Below, piece by piece: positions 1 to 9,037 of a stretch of 64,000 bases of DNA; position 1 is the stretch's first letter; every line of letters starts with the position of its first letter. The position numbers and the translations under genes are program-made. Origin of the DNA: Bacilli bacterium (lineage in GTDB: Bacteria; Bacillota_I; Bacilli_A; RFN20; CAG-826); NCBI GenBank assembly GCA_017447305.1, contig JAFSNY010000080.1, positions 20,884 to 84,883 on the forward strand, written 5' to 3'. The notes under the pieces were generated by a model, which searched no databases, was not told the origin of the DNA, and worked only from the letters and a program-made list of their open reading frames with translations.

Positions 1-341
1 AGAAAATTGGAACAAGCACTCCACCAATTAAAACAAGTGATGGCTGGTTAGTCCTTTATCATGGAGTGTCTACTAAAGATGATGCTTACCGTGTTGGAGC
101 GATTCTTCTCGATTTAAAAGATCCTTCCAAGATTCTTGCGAGAACTAAAGATTTCTTAATGGAACCTGAAGAAGAATATGAGACGAATGGCTATTATAAC
201 GGATGTGTCTTCCCAACCGCGACTGTTCCTAAAGATGGTGATTTATACATCTACTATGGCGCGGGAGATAAAGTTATCTGCTTAGCGACATGTAAAGAAA
301 ATGAACTTCTTAAATATTTAAAGGAGGAATGCCATGAATAA
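1..341 (+). CDS. GH130 family glycoside hydrolase / beta-mannoside phosphorylase, C-terminal part. The gene starts upstream of the window, and the frame is open from nt 3.
   Basis: The translation from nt 3 (KIGTSTPPIKTSDGWLVLYHGVSTKDDAYRVGAILLDLKDPSKILART...IYYGAGDKVICLATCKENELL) matches the conserved C-terminal blade of GH130 phosphorylases. It is in frame with the listed ORF 66..341. Confidence 0.7.
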   Translation, partial: KIGTSTPPIKTSDGWLVLYHGVSTKDDAYRVGAILLDLKDPSKILARTKDFLMEPEEEYETNGYYNGCVFPTATVPKDGDLYIYYGAGDKVICLATCKENELLKYLKEECHE

Positions 342-1623
342 AAAGATTAAATTATTCGTCACCGCAGGATTAATCCTTTCTTCTGTTTCTTTGCTTTCTG
401 TCAAAAGTAATAAAACAGGAATTAAAGCGGTGGAAGGAGAATTATATTACGTTGATTTCTTCAATAATTATTTAAGAGAAGAATTCACTCTTTCTAGTGG
501 GTTTACAGGTCGAGGCAATAATGTCATCTATAAGACCGTTCAAGTCACCAAAGACTCCTTAGTGGATAAGCCAGAAGATCCAACAAGAAGAAATTATGAA
601 TTCCAAGGCTGGTATAAAGAAGAAGCTTGCTTAGAAGCGTGGAACTTTGATACTGACAAGGTCATTAAAAACACGAGAATCTTTGCCAAATGGGGAATCT
701 CTAGCAAAGAAGAGATGGTGGAACCAGAATATACACCTCCATCCACGGTGTTAGAAGAAAGTGCGGAAACTGAATATGTTCTTAATTCCGTTATGAACTT
801 TGTTCCTAATGATTTAGATCAAGTTAAGCTTCCAACAGCAGCATTAGAAAAACTCGAAGCTAATAAAAACGACGTTCTTCCACTAATGGAATATAAAGTC
901 AAAGCTAGCAAGAGCATAACTGCGACATATAACAACAATAAAATCACCATTACATGTGGCGATGAGGAGAGAGTTCTTCAAGTCAAAGATGATAGTGAAA
1001 ACTTAACTCTTTCAACTTCTTCTTATGAAACCAAAGCCAAGAATTATGAGAAAAAGGCTCTAGAAGAAGAAAGCTATCACGTCATGCTTGCTGGATCTTC
1101 CTCAATTGAATTCTGGGAATCTTCTAAAGAAGACTTAGCCCCAATCGTTAGCTATAACCACGGTATTGGTGGCACGACGATTGAAGAATGGGATGAAAAA
1201 CTCAATGCGAGACTTGTTCTCCCATATAAACCAAAGATGGTTGTTTATTACGTTGGTATTAATAACGTTATTAACTCCAAGCAAGATAAAGACACCATTT
1301 GGACAAATCTTAAGAAGTTCTTAGATGACACTCATGAGAGTCTTCCAGACACCAAGGTTCAATATATCTTGATGAATTTAATTCCTAACTACACAAGTTA
1401 TTTCGATACGATTAACGCCGTTAATGATCAAGTCATCGAATATCAAAAGAGCAATGAATCATGGTTGACTCTCATTAATCCAGGACTAGCTTTAGTCAAA
1501 GAAAACGGAGTTCCTAACGCGGCATACTTTAGAACCGATGGTCTCCATCTTTCCTATTACGGATATGTCGTTTGGGGAGAAATCGTTAAAGAATCAATCC
1601 TTAACGGACTTGAGAATATGTAA
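334..1623 (+). CDS. Secreted SGNH/GDSL-family hydrolase, a probable carbohydrate esterase, with an N-terminal signal peptide and a Listeria/Bacteroides-type repeat.
   Basis: The N-terminus MNKKIKLFVTAGLILSSVSLLS looks like a signal peptide. The C-terminal half carries SGNH motifs (MLAGSSS..., GGT, DGLHLS). YEFQGWYKEE...W resembles the Flg_new/InlB-B repeat. The start overlaps the GH130 stop. Confidence 0.7.
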   Translation: MNKKIKLFVTAGLILSSVSLLSVKSNKTGIKAVEGELYYVDFFNNYLREEFTLSSGFTGRGNNVIYKTVQVTKDSLVDKPEDPTRRNYEFQGWYKEEACLEAWNFDTDKVIKNTRIFAKWGISSKEEMVEPEYTPPSTVLEESAETEYVLNSVMNFVPNDLDQVKLPTAALEKLEANKNDVLPLMEYKVKASKSITATYNNNKITITCGDEERVLQVKDDSENLTLSTSSYETKAKNYEKKALEEESYHVMLAGSSSIEFWESSKEDLAPIVSYNHGIGGTTIEEWDEKLNARLVLPYKPKMVVYYVGINNVINSKQDKDTIWTNLKKFLDDTHESLPDTKVQYILMNLIPNYTSYFDTINAVNDQVIEYQKSNESWLTLINPGLALVKENGVPNAAYFRTDGLHLSYYGYVVWGEIVKESILNGLENM

Positions 1624-1625
1624 TT

Positions 1626-2114
1626 ATGTTTTATAGCGTCGATGTGAGTGATGAGTATAAGAAAGCTAAATCTAAATTCCTTAGACATTCTTTAATCTTC
1701 TCACTCATCTTCGCTTTAATCATCATCGGTGATGTCTTACTTGTTTACTTCGCAAGTGAAGACTTCACAGTTAATCTTATTATTTCCATTATTCTCACCA
1801 TTATCTTTGCGTGGGGCGCTATCTATTACTTCGTGAATGTATATGGTGAGATTAATACGAGATATCGTTTCTTCAAAGGTTTTGAAAGCGGAATCAAACC
1901 AATTGAAGAAATTGTATTTCTAAAAAAAGAAGATGAACTCCATTACGTTAACGGATTATATGTTTATCGCTTATACGTTAAATATATTGAAAACCTTAAC
2001 GAAAAAGAGAAAATCATCTATACCTTAGAGCCGAATCTAAAGTATGAAAATGGTGATAAATTAACAATTACCACCTATCAGAGAATCCTTATTCAAGCGG
2101 AGAAACATTCATGA
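1626..2114 (+). CDS. Hypothetical 2-TM membrane protein
   Basis: ORF with two hydrophobic helices (LIFSLIFALIIIGDVLLVYF; LIISIILTIIFAWGAIYYF). It is translationally coupled to its neighbours. Confidence 0.5.
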   Translation: MFYSVDVSDEYKKAKSKFLRHSLIFSLIFALIIIGDVLLVYFASEDFTVNLIISIILTIIFAWGAIYYFVNVYGEINTRYRFFKGFESGIKPIEEIVFLKKEDELHYVNGLYVYRLYVKYIENLNEKEKIIYTLEPNLKYENGDKLTITTYQRILIQAEKHS

Positions 2115-2710
2115 ATACGCTTAGAAAAGAAAGGATTAAGGCCGCATTTAAATATACTTGGCCGTTCTACATTATTTCCGCATTAATCATTGGGTTTGGT
2201 TTAAATTTCATTTTCTCCATTACCCATAAAACACCAGCGTATAAGACTTTAACGGTATTTGTTTCTGGTATTGTTAAAGATCTTAAAGCCTTCAAAAAAG
2301 ACACTCTTGCTAAATATGAGGACAAGGAACTAAAAAGTGTCACTTATATTGAAGCGGATCCATCAGAAGGCACTTATTATACGAAACTATCTGTCGCTGG
2401 TTATAGTTCCGCGGATGTCTTAATCATTCCAGTGTCAAAACTGGAGAATCTCAATCTCTCTGCTTTCGCTTTAGAACTTGAAGATTCGTTAATCAACGAG
2501 TACTGTCCAGGATATACATTCTATAAACAAGAAGAGATTAATTATGGAATTAAACTCGATAAGTCGATAATTGAGGAATATGTCTATTTACCTAGTGAAG
2601 ATTGCTATATGTTCTTAAATGCAACAAGCGTTAATCTTGGTGAATATTCAAAGAAACAAATTAAAGAACACGATGTAGCCTTATGTGTCGCTAAAGACTG
2701 GGGGATGTAA
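2111..2710 (+). CDS. Hypothetical single-TM membrane-anchored protein
   Basis: It has one N-terminal TM (WPFYIISALIIGFGLNFIF). ATGA start/stop overlaps occur with the flanking ORFs. Confidence 0.5.
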   Translation: MNTLRKERIKAAFKYTWPFYIISALIIGFGLNFIFSITHKTPAYKTLTVFVSGIVKDLKAFKKDTLAKYEDKELKSVTYIEADPSEGTYYTKLSVAGYSSADVLIIPVSKLENLNLSAFALELEDSLINEYCPGYTFYKQEEINYGIKLDKSIIEEYVYLPSEDCYMFLNATSVNLGEYSKKQIKEHDVALCVAKDWGM

Positions 2711-3588
2711 TGTTTAAAAGAAAAGAAGAAAAACACATCACAGACAAAGACGTTATGAGAACTCTTCCGCACACTAGAAGAGAAGTGTTTTTCGATTTGC
2801 TTAAACACAGAAAGATGAGTTTATTTGCTTTATCTTGTTTTACCTTCATGTTTTTTATTCCTCTTGCAGTGGATTTAATCTTCTTTAACTTCTTACAAAA
2901 CGTCGCAATTGCGAGTGATAAGACGGACTATTTATTCTCCCTATTTTTCTATGAAATGATTATTTTGATTCCATGTATGGTCATCGGATGTTTGGGGCTT
3001 GCTGGGGCCTTTGAAGTGGCAAAAAACATGGTTTGGCAAGAAGGGACAATGCTCGCGAGTGATTTCTTCCATGGAATTAAGACAACATGGCTTCACGCGT
3101 TGACAAATGGACTAATTCTTGGAGTGATTCTTTCCGCGGGTGTTATTGGCAGTTGTTTCTTACTTATATACCAGCCAGTAAGTTCAATTATCATTGGTGT
3201 TGGAATGGGTGCGATGATTCTCTTCTTCCTATTCTTTGGAATGGCGATTGTGATGAATTACACTCAAGATGCCTATTACCAAAACTCTTATGGAGCGATT
3301 TTAAAAAACTCCTTCCGCTTCATGGGATTATTAAACTGGAGATTACTCGTAATCTTCCTTCTATCTACAGGAGTTGTTGTCACCCTTTGTTTCTTCAATA
3401 TGGTGACATTAATTATCGGAATGGCGTTATTTGCAGTTCTTAATAGTGTAGTGGTTATTCTCTACACCTTAGTGTCCCATTCCGCCTTTGATAAATACAT
3501 TAATATGGATAATTACCCCCACTTGGTCGGAAGGGGTTTATATAAAGTCGAAGATAACGACGAAATAAATAAAGACAAGGAGGCCTAG
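2710..3588 (+). CDS. DUF624/YesL-like polytopic membrane protein
   Basis: There are about 6 TM helices. The N-terminal region (REVFFDLLKHRKMSLFALSCFTFMFFIPLAVDL) is reminiscent of the YesL family, which is often found beside sugar ABC transporters. Its start overlaps the upstream stop by 1 nt. Confidence 0.5.
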   Translation: MFKRKEEKHITDKDVMRTLPHTRREVFFDLLKHRKMSLFALSCFTFMFFIPLAVDLIFFNFLQNVAIASDKTDYLFSLFFYEMIILIPCMVIGCLGLAGAFEVAKNMVWQEGTMLASDFFHGIKTTWLHALTNGLILGVILSAGVIGSCFLLIYQPVSSIIIGVGMGAMILFFLFFGMAIVMNYTQDAYYQNSYGAILKNSFRFMGLLNWRLLVIFLLSTGVVVTLCFFNMVTLIIGMALFAVLNSVVVILYTLVSHSAFDKYINMDNYPHLVGRGLYKVEDNDEINKDKEA

Positions 3589-3592
3589 TTTT

Positions 3593-5476
3593 ATGGCAGA
3601 TGTAACACTACGACATGTTTACAAAGTATATGATGGAGGCGTAAGAGCGGTTAACGACTTTGATCTTGATATTAAAGACAAGGAATTCGTTGTTTTCGTT
3701 GGTCCATCTGGATGTGGTAAATCCACAACTTTAAGGATGATCGCTGGACTTGAAGAAATTACCGCTGGTCAATTATTTATTGATGGTGAATTAATGAATG
3801 AGGTTGAACCAAAAAATAGAGATATCGCGATGGTATTCCAAAGCTACGCTCTATATCCTCATATGACCGTCTATGAAAACATGGCCTTTGGATTAAAACT
3901 AAGACATACACCCAAAGATGAAATCGACCGTCGTGTTAAAGCCGCTGCAGAGATTTTGGAAATTTCCGAACTTCTTTCACGTAAGCCAAAAGCCCTTTCT
4001 GGTGGTCAAAGACAACGTGTTGCTTTAGGTAGAACGATCGTTCGTAATCCAAAAGTCTTCCTTCTTGATGAACCTTTATCTAACTTAGACGCGAAATTAC
4101 GTGTTTCAATGAGAAGTGAAATTACTAAACTCCATGAAAAACTTGAAACGACCTTTATTTATGTTACTCACGACCAAACCGAAGCGATGACGATGGGGAA
4201 TCGTATTGTCGTTATGAAAGATGGATTTATTCAACAAGCTGACACTCCTATCACCTTATTTGAAGATCCATGTAACTTATTTGTCGCGACCTTCCTTGGC
4301 TCTCCTCAAATGAATATTATCGACGCTGAATTATTCATGGATGGAAAAACCCTTAAGGCCAAACTTAATGACTGTGATGATTTAATCGTTTCTTTCCCTG
4401 ATATTAAGGCGAAACAACTCGCTGATAAGAAATATATTGGCGGTAAAGTCCTCTTAGGTATTAGACCAGAACACGTTAGACCTAACGCTGGTAATTTAAA
4501 GACCTATGTCGATGTTGTTGAACATTTAGGAGATGAATCCATCCTTTACACAAAGATGGAAAATAGAAAAGATCAATTCATCATCAAGATGCCATTTAAT
4601 TCGAAGATTCATGCGAATGAGAGCATCAGTGTTGAATTTAATATGGATCATGTTTATTTATTCGACTGCGACACTCATAAAGCGATTATGGGTATCCCAA
4701 ATGAAGATGAAATTCCAGTTACCATTCATAAGAATATGATAACGATAGGGGAACAAGAACTTACTCTTTCTGACGAATTTGTTTCTCACCTTCTCGATAG
4801 CGCATTCGACAAAGAAGTCCACCTTGCGATTAAACCAGATTATGTGACACTTGAAGAAGTTCCTAATTCCTTAAAGATTGAAGCTAAATTAGAATTTGTT
4901 GAACAAAAGACAGACTACCAAGCTTTATATTTCTCCATAAAAGGAATTGAAGGTTACTTTGCGATGAAAATAAGAAATGAAGAACAAATTAAACTTGGAA
5001 GCAAAGTTAATCTCTATCTCCCATATTTAAGACTCACCGTTTATGATGAAGACCACAACAAAGCCTTCTCAAGAGAAGTAGTGCATGAGAATCGTGGTGT
5101 TGCTAATGTCGTTAATAAGAATGGTATGACCATTATTAGAGTCGGCGATTCGACACTTGCTTATCCAGATAATGGTCAATATCCTGATGGTCAATATGAC
5201 ATTATCTTTAAACAAGATAAGTTAATGACAATCTTCTCCAAAAAACTTCTTAAGAAGGGTTATGAGAATCCAGAAATGGATGAACCTCGTAACAGAATCA
5301 AAGTCTCAGCGTATGACGAAGATGTCCTTGGCGATAAGCTTCTTACTTATGTTGAAGTCAAAGGATTTGATAATTATGCATCATTTGTTGTGAACAACAA
5401 TTTCTCCGTTTATAAGATGCCTAAATTTGAATTATTTGTCCCTGCTGATGGATTTATCTTAGAACCAAGAAACTAA
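3593..5476 (+). CDS. MalK/MsmX/UgpC-type sugar ABC transporter ATP-binding protein, with a ~260-aa C-terminal extension (additional TOBE-like repeats).
   Basis: Walker A GPSGCGKST; Q-loop; signature LSGGQRQRVALGR; Walker B FLLDEPLSNLD; H-loop VTHDQ. The canonical MalK regulatory domain ends near aa ~365, and a further ~260 aa follows. Confidence 0.9.
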   Translation: MADVTLRHVYKVYDGGVRAVNDFDLDIKDKEFVVFVGPSGCGKSTTLRMIAGLEEITAGQLFIDGELMNEVEPKNRDIAMVFQSYALYPHMTVYENMAFGLKLRHTPKDEIDRRVKAAAEILEISELLSRKPKALSGGQRQRVALGRTIVRNPKVFLLDEPLSNLDAKLRVSMRSEITKLHEKLETTFIYVTHDQTEAMTMGNRIVVMKDGFIQQADTPITLFEDPCNLFVATFLGSPQMNIIDAELFMDGKTLKAKLNDCDDLIVSFPDIKAKQLADKKYIGGKVLLGIRPEHVRPNAGNLKTYVDVVEHLGDESILYTKMENRKDQFIIKMPFNSKIHANESISVEFNMDHVYLFDCDTHKAIMGIPNEDEIPVTIHKNMITIGEQELTLSDEFVSHLLDSAFDKEVHLAIKPDYVTLEEVPNSLKIEAKLEFVEQKTDYQALYFSIKGIEGYFAMKIRNEEQIKLGSKVNLYLPYLRLTVYDEDHNKAFSREVVHENRGVANVVNKNGMTIIRVGDSTLAYPDNGQYPDGQYDIIFKQDKLMTIFSKKLLKKGYENPEMDEPRNRIKVSAYDEDVLGDKLLTYVEVKGFDNYASFVVNNNFSVYKMPKFELFVPADGFILEPRN

Positions 5477-5478
5477 TC

Positions 5479-6215
5479 CATGAAAAAAGATTTTAATCAT
5501 AATTACTATAAAGATTTATATCTAGACATGTTTCTTCCTGAACAAGAAGAGTTTTTTTACCATCATTCATTTTCATGGTGGTGGATTAGTTGAAGGGGAT
5601 AAGGGAGACGCTCATTTATTTTGCGAACATCTATGCAAGCTTGGTTATGCGGTAGTGAGTGCGAATTATAGTCTAATGCCTAAAGCCAAGTTTCCTGATT
5701 ATTTATATGATGCGGCGAATGCGGTTAAATATGTCATGGATAACATATCTAAGCATGGTAAATCGAGAGGATTTATTATCTCTGGCCAATCCGCGGGAGC
5801 GTGGATCACGTTAATGCTTTGCTTTAATAAAGATTATTTAGAATCTGTTGGTATTAACACCAAGATGATATGTGGCTGGGTGAGTGACGCTGCGCAAACG
5901 ACGAGTCATTTTAACATCTTAAAGATTGAAAAGGATCTTCATCCATGGATTCAAAGAATCGATGAATGTGCTCCTCTATATTATGTTAATGAGAAGACCA
6001 CATTTTCTCGTTTATTACTCCTTGCTTATGAAAACGATTTACCAAACCGTATTGAACAAAACCAATTATTACTATCAACAATAAAGTCGTTTGATAAGGA
6101 CGCTGATGTAGAATTCAAAATACTTAAAGGAAATCACTGTCAAGGCAGTTCAACACTTGACTCTGATGGAGAATTTGAAGTTGTAAAAATCATGGAAGTA
6201 TGGTTGGATAAATAG
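5479..6215 (+). pseudogene. Alpha/beta-hydrolase (esterase/lipase, HGGG type) interrupted by a +1 frameshift in a T7 homopolymer.
   Basis: ATG at 5479 gives MKKDFNHNYYKDLYLDMFLPEQEEFF and then a stop. The +1 frame continues ...TIIHFHGGGLVEGDKGDAHLF...GQSAGAW (oxyanion HGGG plus the GxSxG nucleophile elbow). Deleting one T from gagttttttta (~5543-5553) fuses both into a single ORF. Confidence 0.65.
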
Positions 6216-6221
6216 AAAGAA

Positions 6222-6249
6222 AAAAAGATCATCTCGCGGTGATCTTTTT
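6222..6249. terminator. Bidirectional rho-independent terminator between convergent genes
   Basis: aaaaagatca-tctcgcgg-tgatcttttt forms a ~10-bp stem flanked by A-runs and T-runs. Confidence 0.6.
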
Positions 6250-6273
6250 ACATAAAAATGATAGGTATCTCCA

Positions 6274-7335
6274 TTACTTTCTTGTTTTAAGCTTCTTTTT
6301 AGGCGCCCATTTTTCGACGATACGTGGGTAATATTCTCTCCAAATATTCTTAACGTGTTCTTTGCTGTAATAATCACTGATGACTTTGGAACCTTTGGAA
6401 TATTTTTCGTAATACTTTTTATCGCTGGCGAGCTTTTTGACTTCAGCGTCGAACTCATCAACATTTTTGCCAACCGCATAGCATTCTTGATTTTTGAAAA
6501 GAATCTCTTCATATAAATCTAAATCTCTTAATAAGACTGGTTTATAAGAATTGACCGCTTCAAGAATGGACATTGGGAATAATTCAGATAATGAAGGCAT
6601 AAAGAGCATGTCACATAAATTAAAGATTCCATTCATCTCATCACGCGGGATGATACCGATAAATTTAACGTTCTCAGGTGGATTATCCATAATCGCCTTT
6701 AATTCGTGATAACCATCAGTCATTTTTCCAAAGGAAAAACCACCCGCCCAAACGAAGACTTTATCTGGATTTCTTTTTGACACTTCAATGAAATCTAAAA
6801 CACCTTTTCTTGTTTGAACTTGACCACATCCCATGACAACAAATTTATCTAATGGAATGTCATATTTCTTTCTAAGAGCGTCTCTTTCTTCTTGGCTGAT
6901 TTTATAGAATTTTTCGTGGTCAACAAAGTTAGGAATATAAGTGATATTGTCTTTTTCAATTCCAAGTTCCATTAGTGGTGGAATAAAGGAAGGATTAACA
7001 ACGACGATTTCATCCGCTTTACGATAGGTAGAAATAACGTATTTCTTAAAGATTTTGAAAAATAGTTTTGGCATCTTTAATGAGCCATCAAGAGTGGATG
7101 GAATGAAGTGAACATAAGCGACATTAACGTGACGATTATTAAATCTCGCACGATAGGAAGGGTTGACTGTGTGCATATGATAAATATCGAAATTAGATTT
7201 TCTTGAATTAACTTCAACTTCAAAAATATCATCGCATTCTTTGACTAAAGCGAGTTGTTCGATATACGCACTTGCGACACCTTGTCCGTCAACAGAGGTG
7301 GCTTGAGACAACATATTAATTCTGATTTTTCCCAT
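6274..7335 (-). CDS. GT4-family glycosyltransferase, a candidate diacylglycerol glycosyltransferase or glycolipid synthase
   Basis: It shows the GT-B architecture; the C-terminal half has the EX7E-like region (MPSLSELFPMSILEAVNSYKPVL) typical of GT4 retaining transferases. Confidence 0.7.
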   Translation of the reverse strand: MGKIRINMLSQATSVDGQGVASAYIEQLALVKECDDIFEVEVNSRKSNFDIYHMHTVNPSYRARFNNRHVNVAYVHFIPSTLDGSLKMPKLFFKIFKKYVISTYRKADEIVVVNPSFIPPLMELGIEKDNITYIPNFVDHEKFYKISQEERDALRKKYDIPLDKFVVMGCGQVQTRKGVLDFIEVSKRNPDKVFVWAGGFSFGKMTDGYHELKAIMDNPPENVKFIGIIPRDEMNGIFNLCDMLFMPSLSELFPMSILEAVNSYKPVLLRDLDLYEEILFKNQECYAVGKNVDEFDAEVKKLASDKKYYEKYSKGSKVISDYYSKEHVKNIWREYYPRIVEKWAPKKKLKTRK

Positions 7336-7337
7336 AT

Positions 7338-7625
7338 TTACCTAATACCCATAATCCTTTCCATCTTAAATTGTTTTCTCATAAAGAGAGCAAAACTTAA
7401 TATAAACATGATGATTCCCACGACAAAGGCCATCCCAGATACACCTGCGGAAATAATATTTAATTCCGTTTGATTAAATAAATCTGGATCTTTGATGAAT
7501 TGTCTATAGACGTTATAGACGGTTATTCCTCCACCGAGAGTGAGAAGGATACCAAAGATTAAAAATAGAACCCTAAAGGCCTTATATGCACCTCTACGAC
7601 GTTTCGCTTTGTAATAATCCATCAC
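7338..7625 (-). CDS. Small 2-TM membrane protein (95 aa)
   Basis: Basic N-terminus, two TM helices and a basic C-terminus. It is tightly packed in the glycosyltransferase operon. Confidence 0.5.
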   Translation of the reverse strand: MMDYYKAKRRRGAYKAFRVLFLIFGILLTLGGGITVYNVYRQFIKDPDLFNQTELNIISAGVSGMAFVVGIIMFILSFALFMRKQFKMERIMGIR

Positions 7626-7927
7626 ATATGCTCCATCTTTAATATTTTCTCATTTTTTCTGATGCTTTTCCTTACAATTGTTAAAGCAAGGGTAATCATG
7701 ATACCTCCCATAACAATGGCGAAGAGAGCAAAGCCAAGTAAAAACGCTAATTCTTCCTGGTCAGCGTTACTTGGGTTATCAAATATAATCGCTAAAACAG
7801 CGACAATAACAAAAGCTCCTACAGCGGCAAGAGTGGGTCCAACAATAAGGAATACTCTCTTAAGTATTCTCATATCTCTCACTCTTCTTGAAGCGGTTAA
7901 ATAATCGGTAGAATAAATGTCACCCAT
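7622..7927 (-). CDS. Small 2-TM membrane protein (~101 aa), a paralogue-like partner of the 95-aa protein
   Basis: The start is chosen at MGDIYSTDY..., which avoids overlap with the upstream GT2 gene (the listed ORF extends to 7996). It has the same topology as its 95-aa neighbour. Confidence 0.45.
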   Translation of the reverse strand: MGDIYSTDYLTASRRVRDMRILKRVFLIVGPTLAAVGAFVIVAVLAIIFDNPSNADQEELAFLLGFALFAIVMGGIMITLALTIVRKSIRKNEKILKMEHM

Positions 7928-7928
7928 T

Positions 7929-8954
7929 TTAGTTTCTCTCCGTTCTATACATTTTTCTAAACGCCCAAGATAATAATACATTAAATCCACTAGCAAGAAC
8001 CATTCCTAAAGGAATCGATGCCTGATATGGAAATTTTAATAATGTTATCGAGGAGACGAAAGCAAAACAGAAAAGCATCCTAACCGCAGTGAACAACATT
8101 TCTTTAGCGAGCTTTCTAAATGGGGTTTTAGATCTATAAATCAACGAGGATACAAGGAAATATATCAATGAAACAAGGCTATATAAGAGGATGATAACAG
8201 AGTTATAGAATGTATAACCGATATGATACATATAGAAAAGTGAGCCTAATAGTAGGAAGAAACAAATGATTGATGGAATAGCGTGGATAAAAATAATCGA
8301 TTGGATTCTCACTGTATCCAAAAATGGTGAGAAGTGAGAACGAGAATTTCCATCTAGATAAACCGTTTCAATTGTGACAGTGAAGATTGGGTATTGTTTT
8401 AGTTGGAATGAGGTGATTTGATTCATCTCATATTCATAACGGCTCCCCTTAATCTTCACTAATTCATCAATATAACGGACAGGAAAACCTCTTAATCCAC
8501 ATTGGTCATCAGGGATATATTGTTTGGTTAGAAGCGAACGATCGAATTTAGACCATTCATTACCAAATCTACTTCTAAAAGGAACTTTTCGATTAAAGTG
8601 ACGGACTCCAAACACTAGTTCATCTTTATCTTTTAAGGCTTCATACACTCTAACGATATCTTTAGTGAGGTGCTGTCCATCTCCGTCCGCGGTGATGACA
8701 TATTTCGCTTCAGGAAATAGTTCATGTATTTTACTAAATCCAAGTTTTAACGCTGCGCCTTTACCTTTATTAACAGGTTGCTTTAAATACTTAACTAGAG
8801 GAGCGACCTCATTAAAAATAGAGTCGTATTCTTCGGATGAACCATCATTAACCAAAAGAACGTTAAAACCTTCGTCTAAAGCGCTTTTGACCGTTTGAAT
8901 TAATAAGGTATCCGGTTCATAACTTGGTATCAATATGACCGCATCTTTTTTCAT
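7929..8954 (-). CDS. GT2-family glycosyltransferase with a C-terminal multi-TM anchor (GtrB / polyprenyl-phosphate or processive glycolipid transferase-like)
   Basis: LIPSYEPDTLL...VNDGSSEE...ADGDGQH shows the DXD and GT-A motifs. The C-terminal ~110 aa are hydrophobic. Confidence 0.75.
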   Translation of the reverse strand: MKKDAVILIPSYEPDTLLIQTVKSALDEGFNVLLVNDGSSEEYDSIFNEVAPLVKYLKQPVNKGKGAALKLGFSKIHELFPEAKYVITADGDGQHLTKDIVRVYEALKDKDELVFGVRHFNRKVPFRSRFGNEWSKFDRSLLTKQYIPDDQCGLRGFPVRYIDELVKIKGSRYEYEMNQITSFQLKQYPIFTVTIETVYLDGNSRSHFSPFLDTVRIQSIIFIHAIPSIICFFLLLGSLFYMYHIGYTFYNSVIILLYSLVSLIYFLVSSLIYRSKTPFRKLAKEMLFTAVRMLFCFAFVSSITLLKFPYQASIPLGMVLASGFNVLLSWAFRKMYRTERN

Positions 8955-9037
8955 ACAAAAAGAGTTTACTACTTTTTTTGAAATTCTTCTATATTACGAT
9001 GCGAATATACGCCTGCATATGCTAAAATACATGCGGC

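Noticed and set aside
2605-2808. Minus-strand 67-aa ORF overlapping the 2111-2710 and 2710-3588 genes
   Set aside because: It lies fully antisense to well-supported coupled genes, has a low-complexity F-rich translation and no RBS. It is a spurious AT-rich ORF.
3087-3443. Plus-strand 118-aa ORF in an alternative frame inside the DUF624-like gene
   Set aside because: Embedded out of frame within a longer, better-supported membrane-protein ORF; Cys/Trp-rich nonsense composition.
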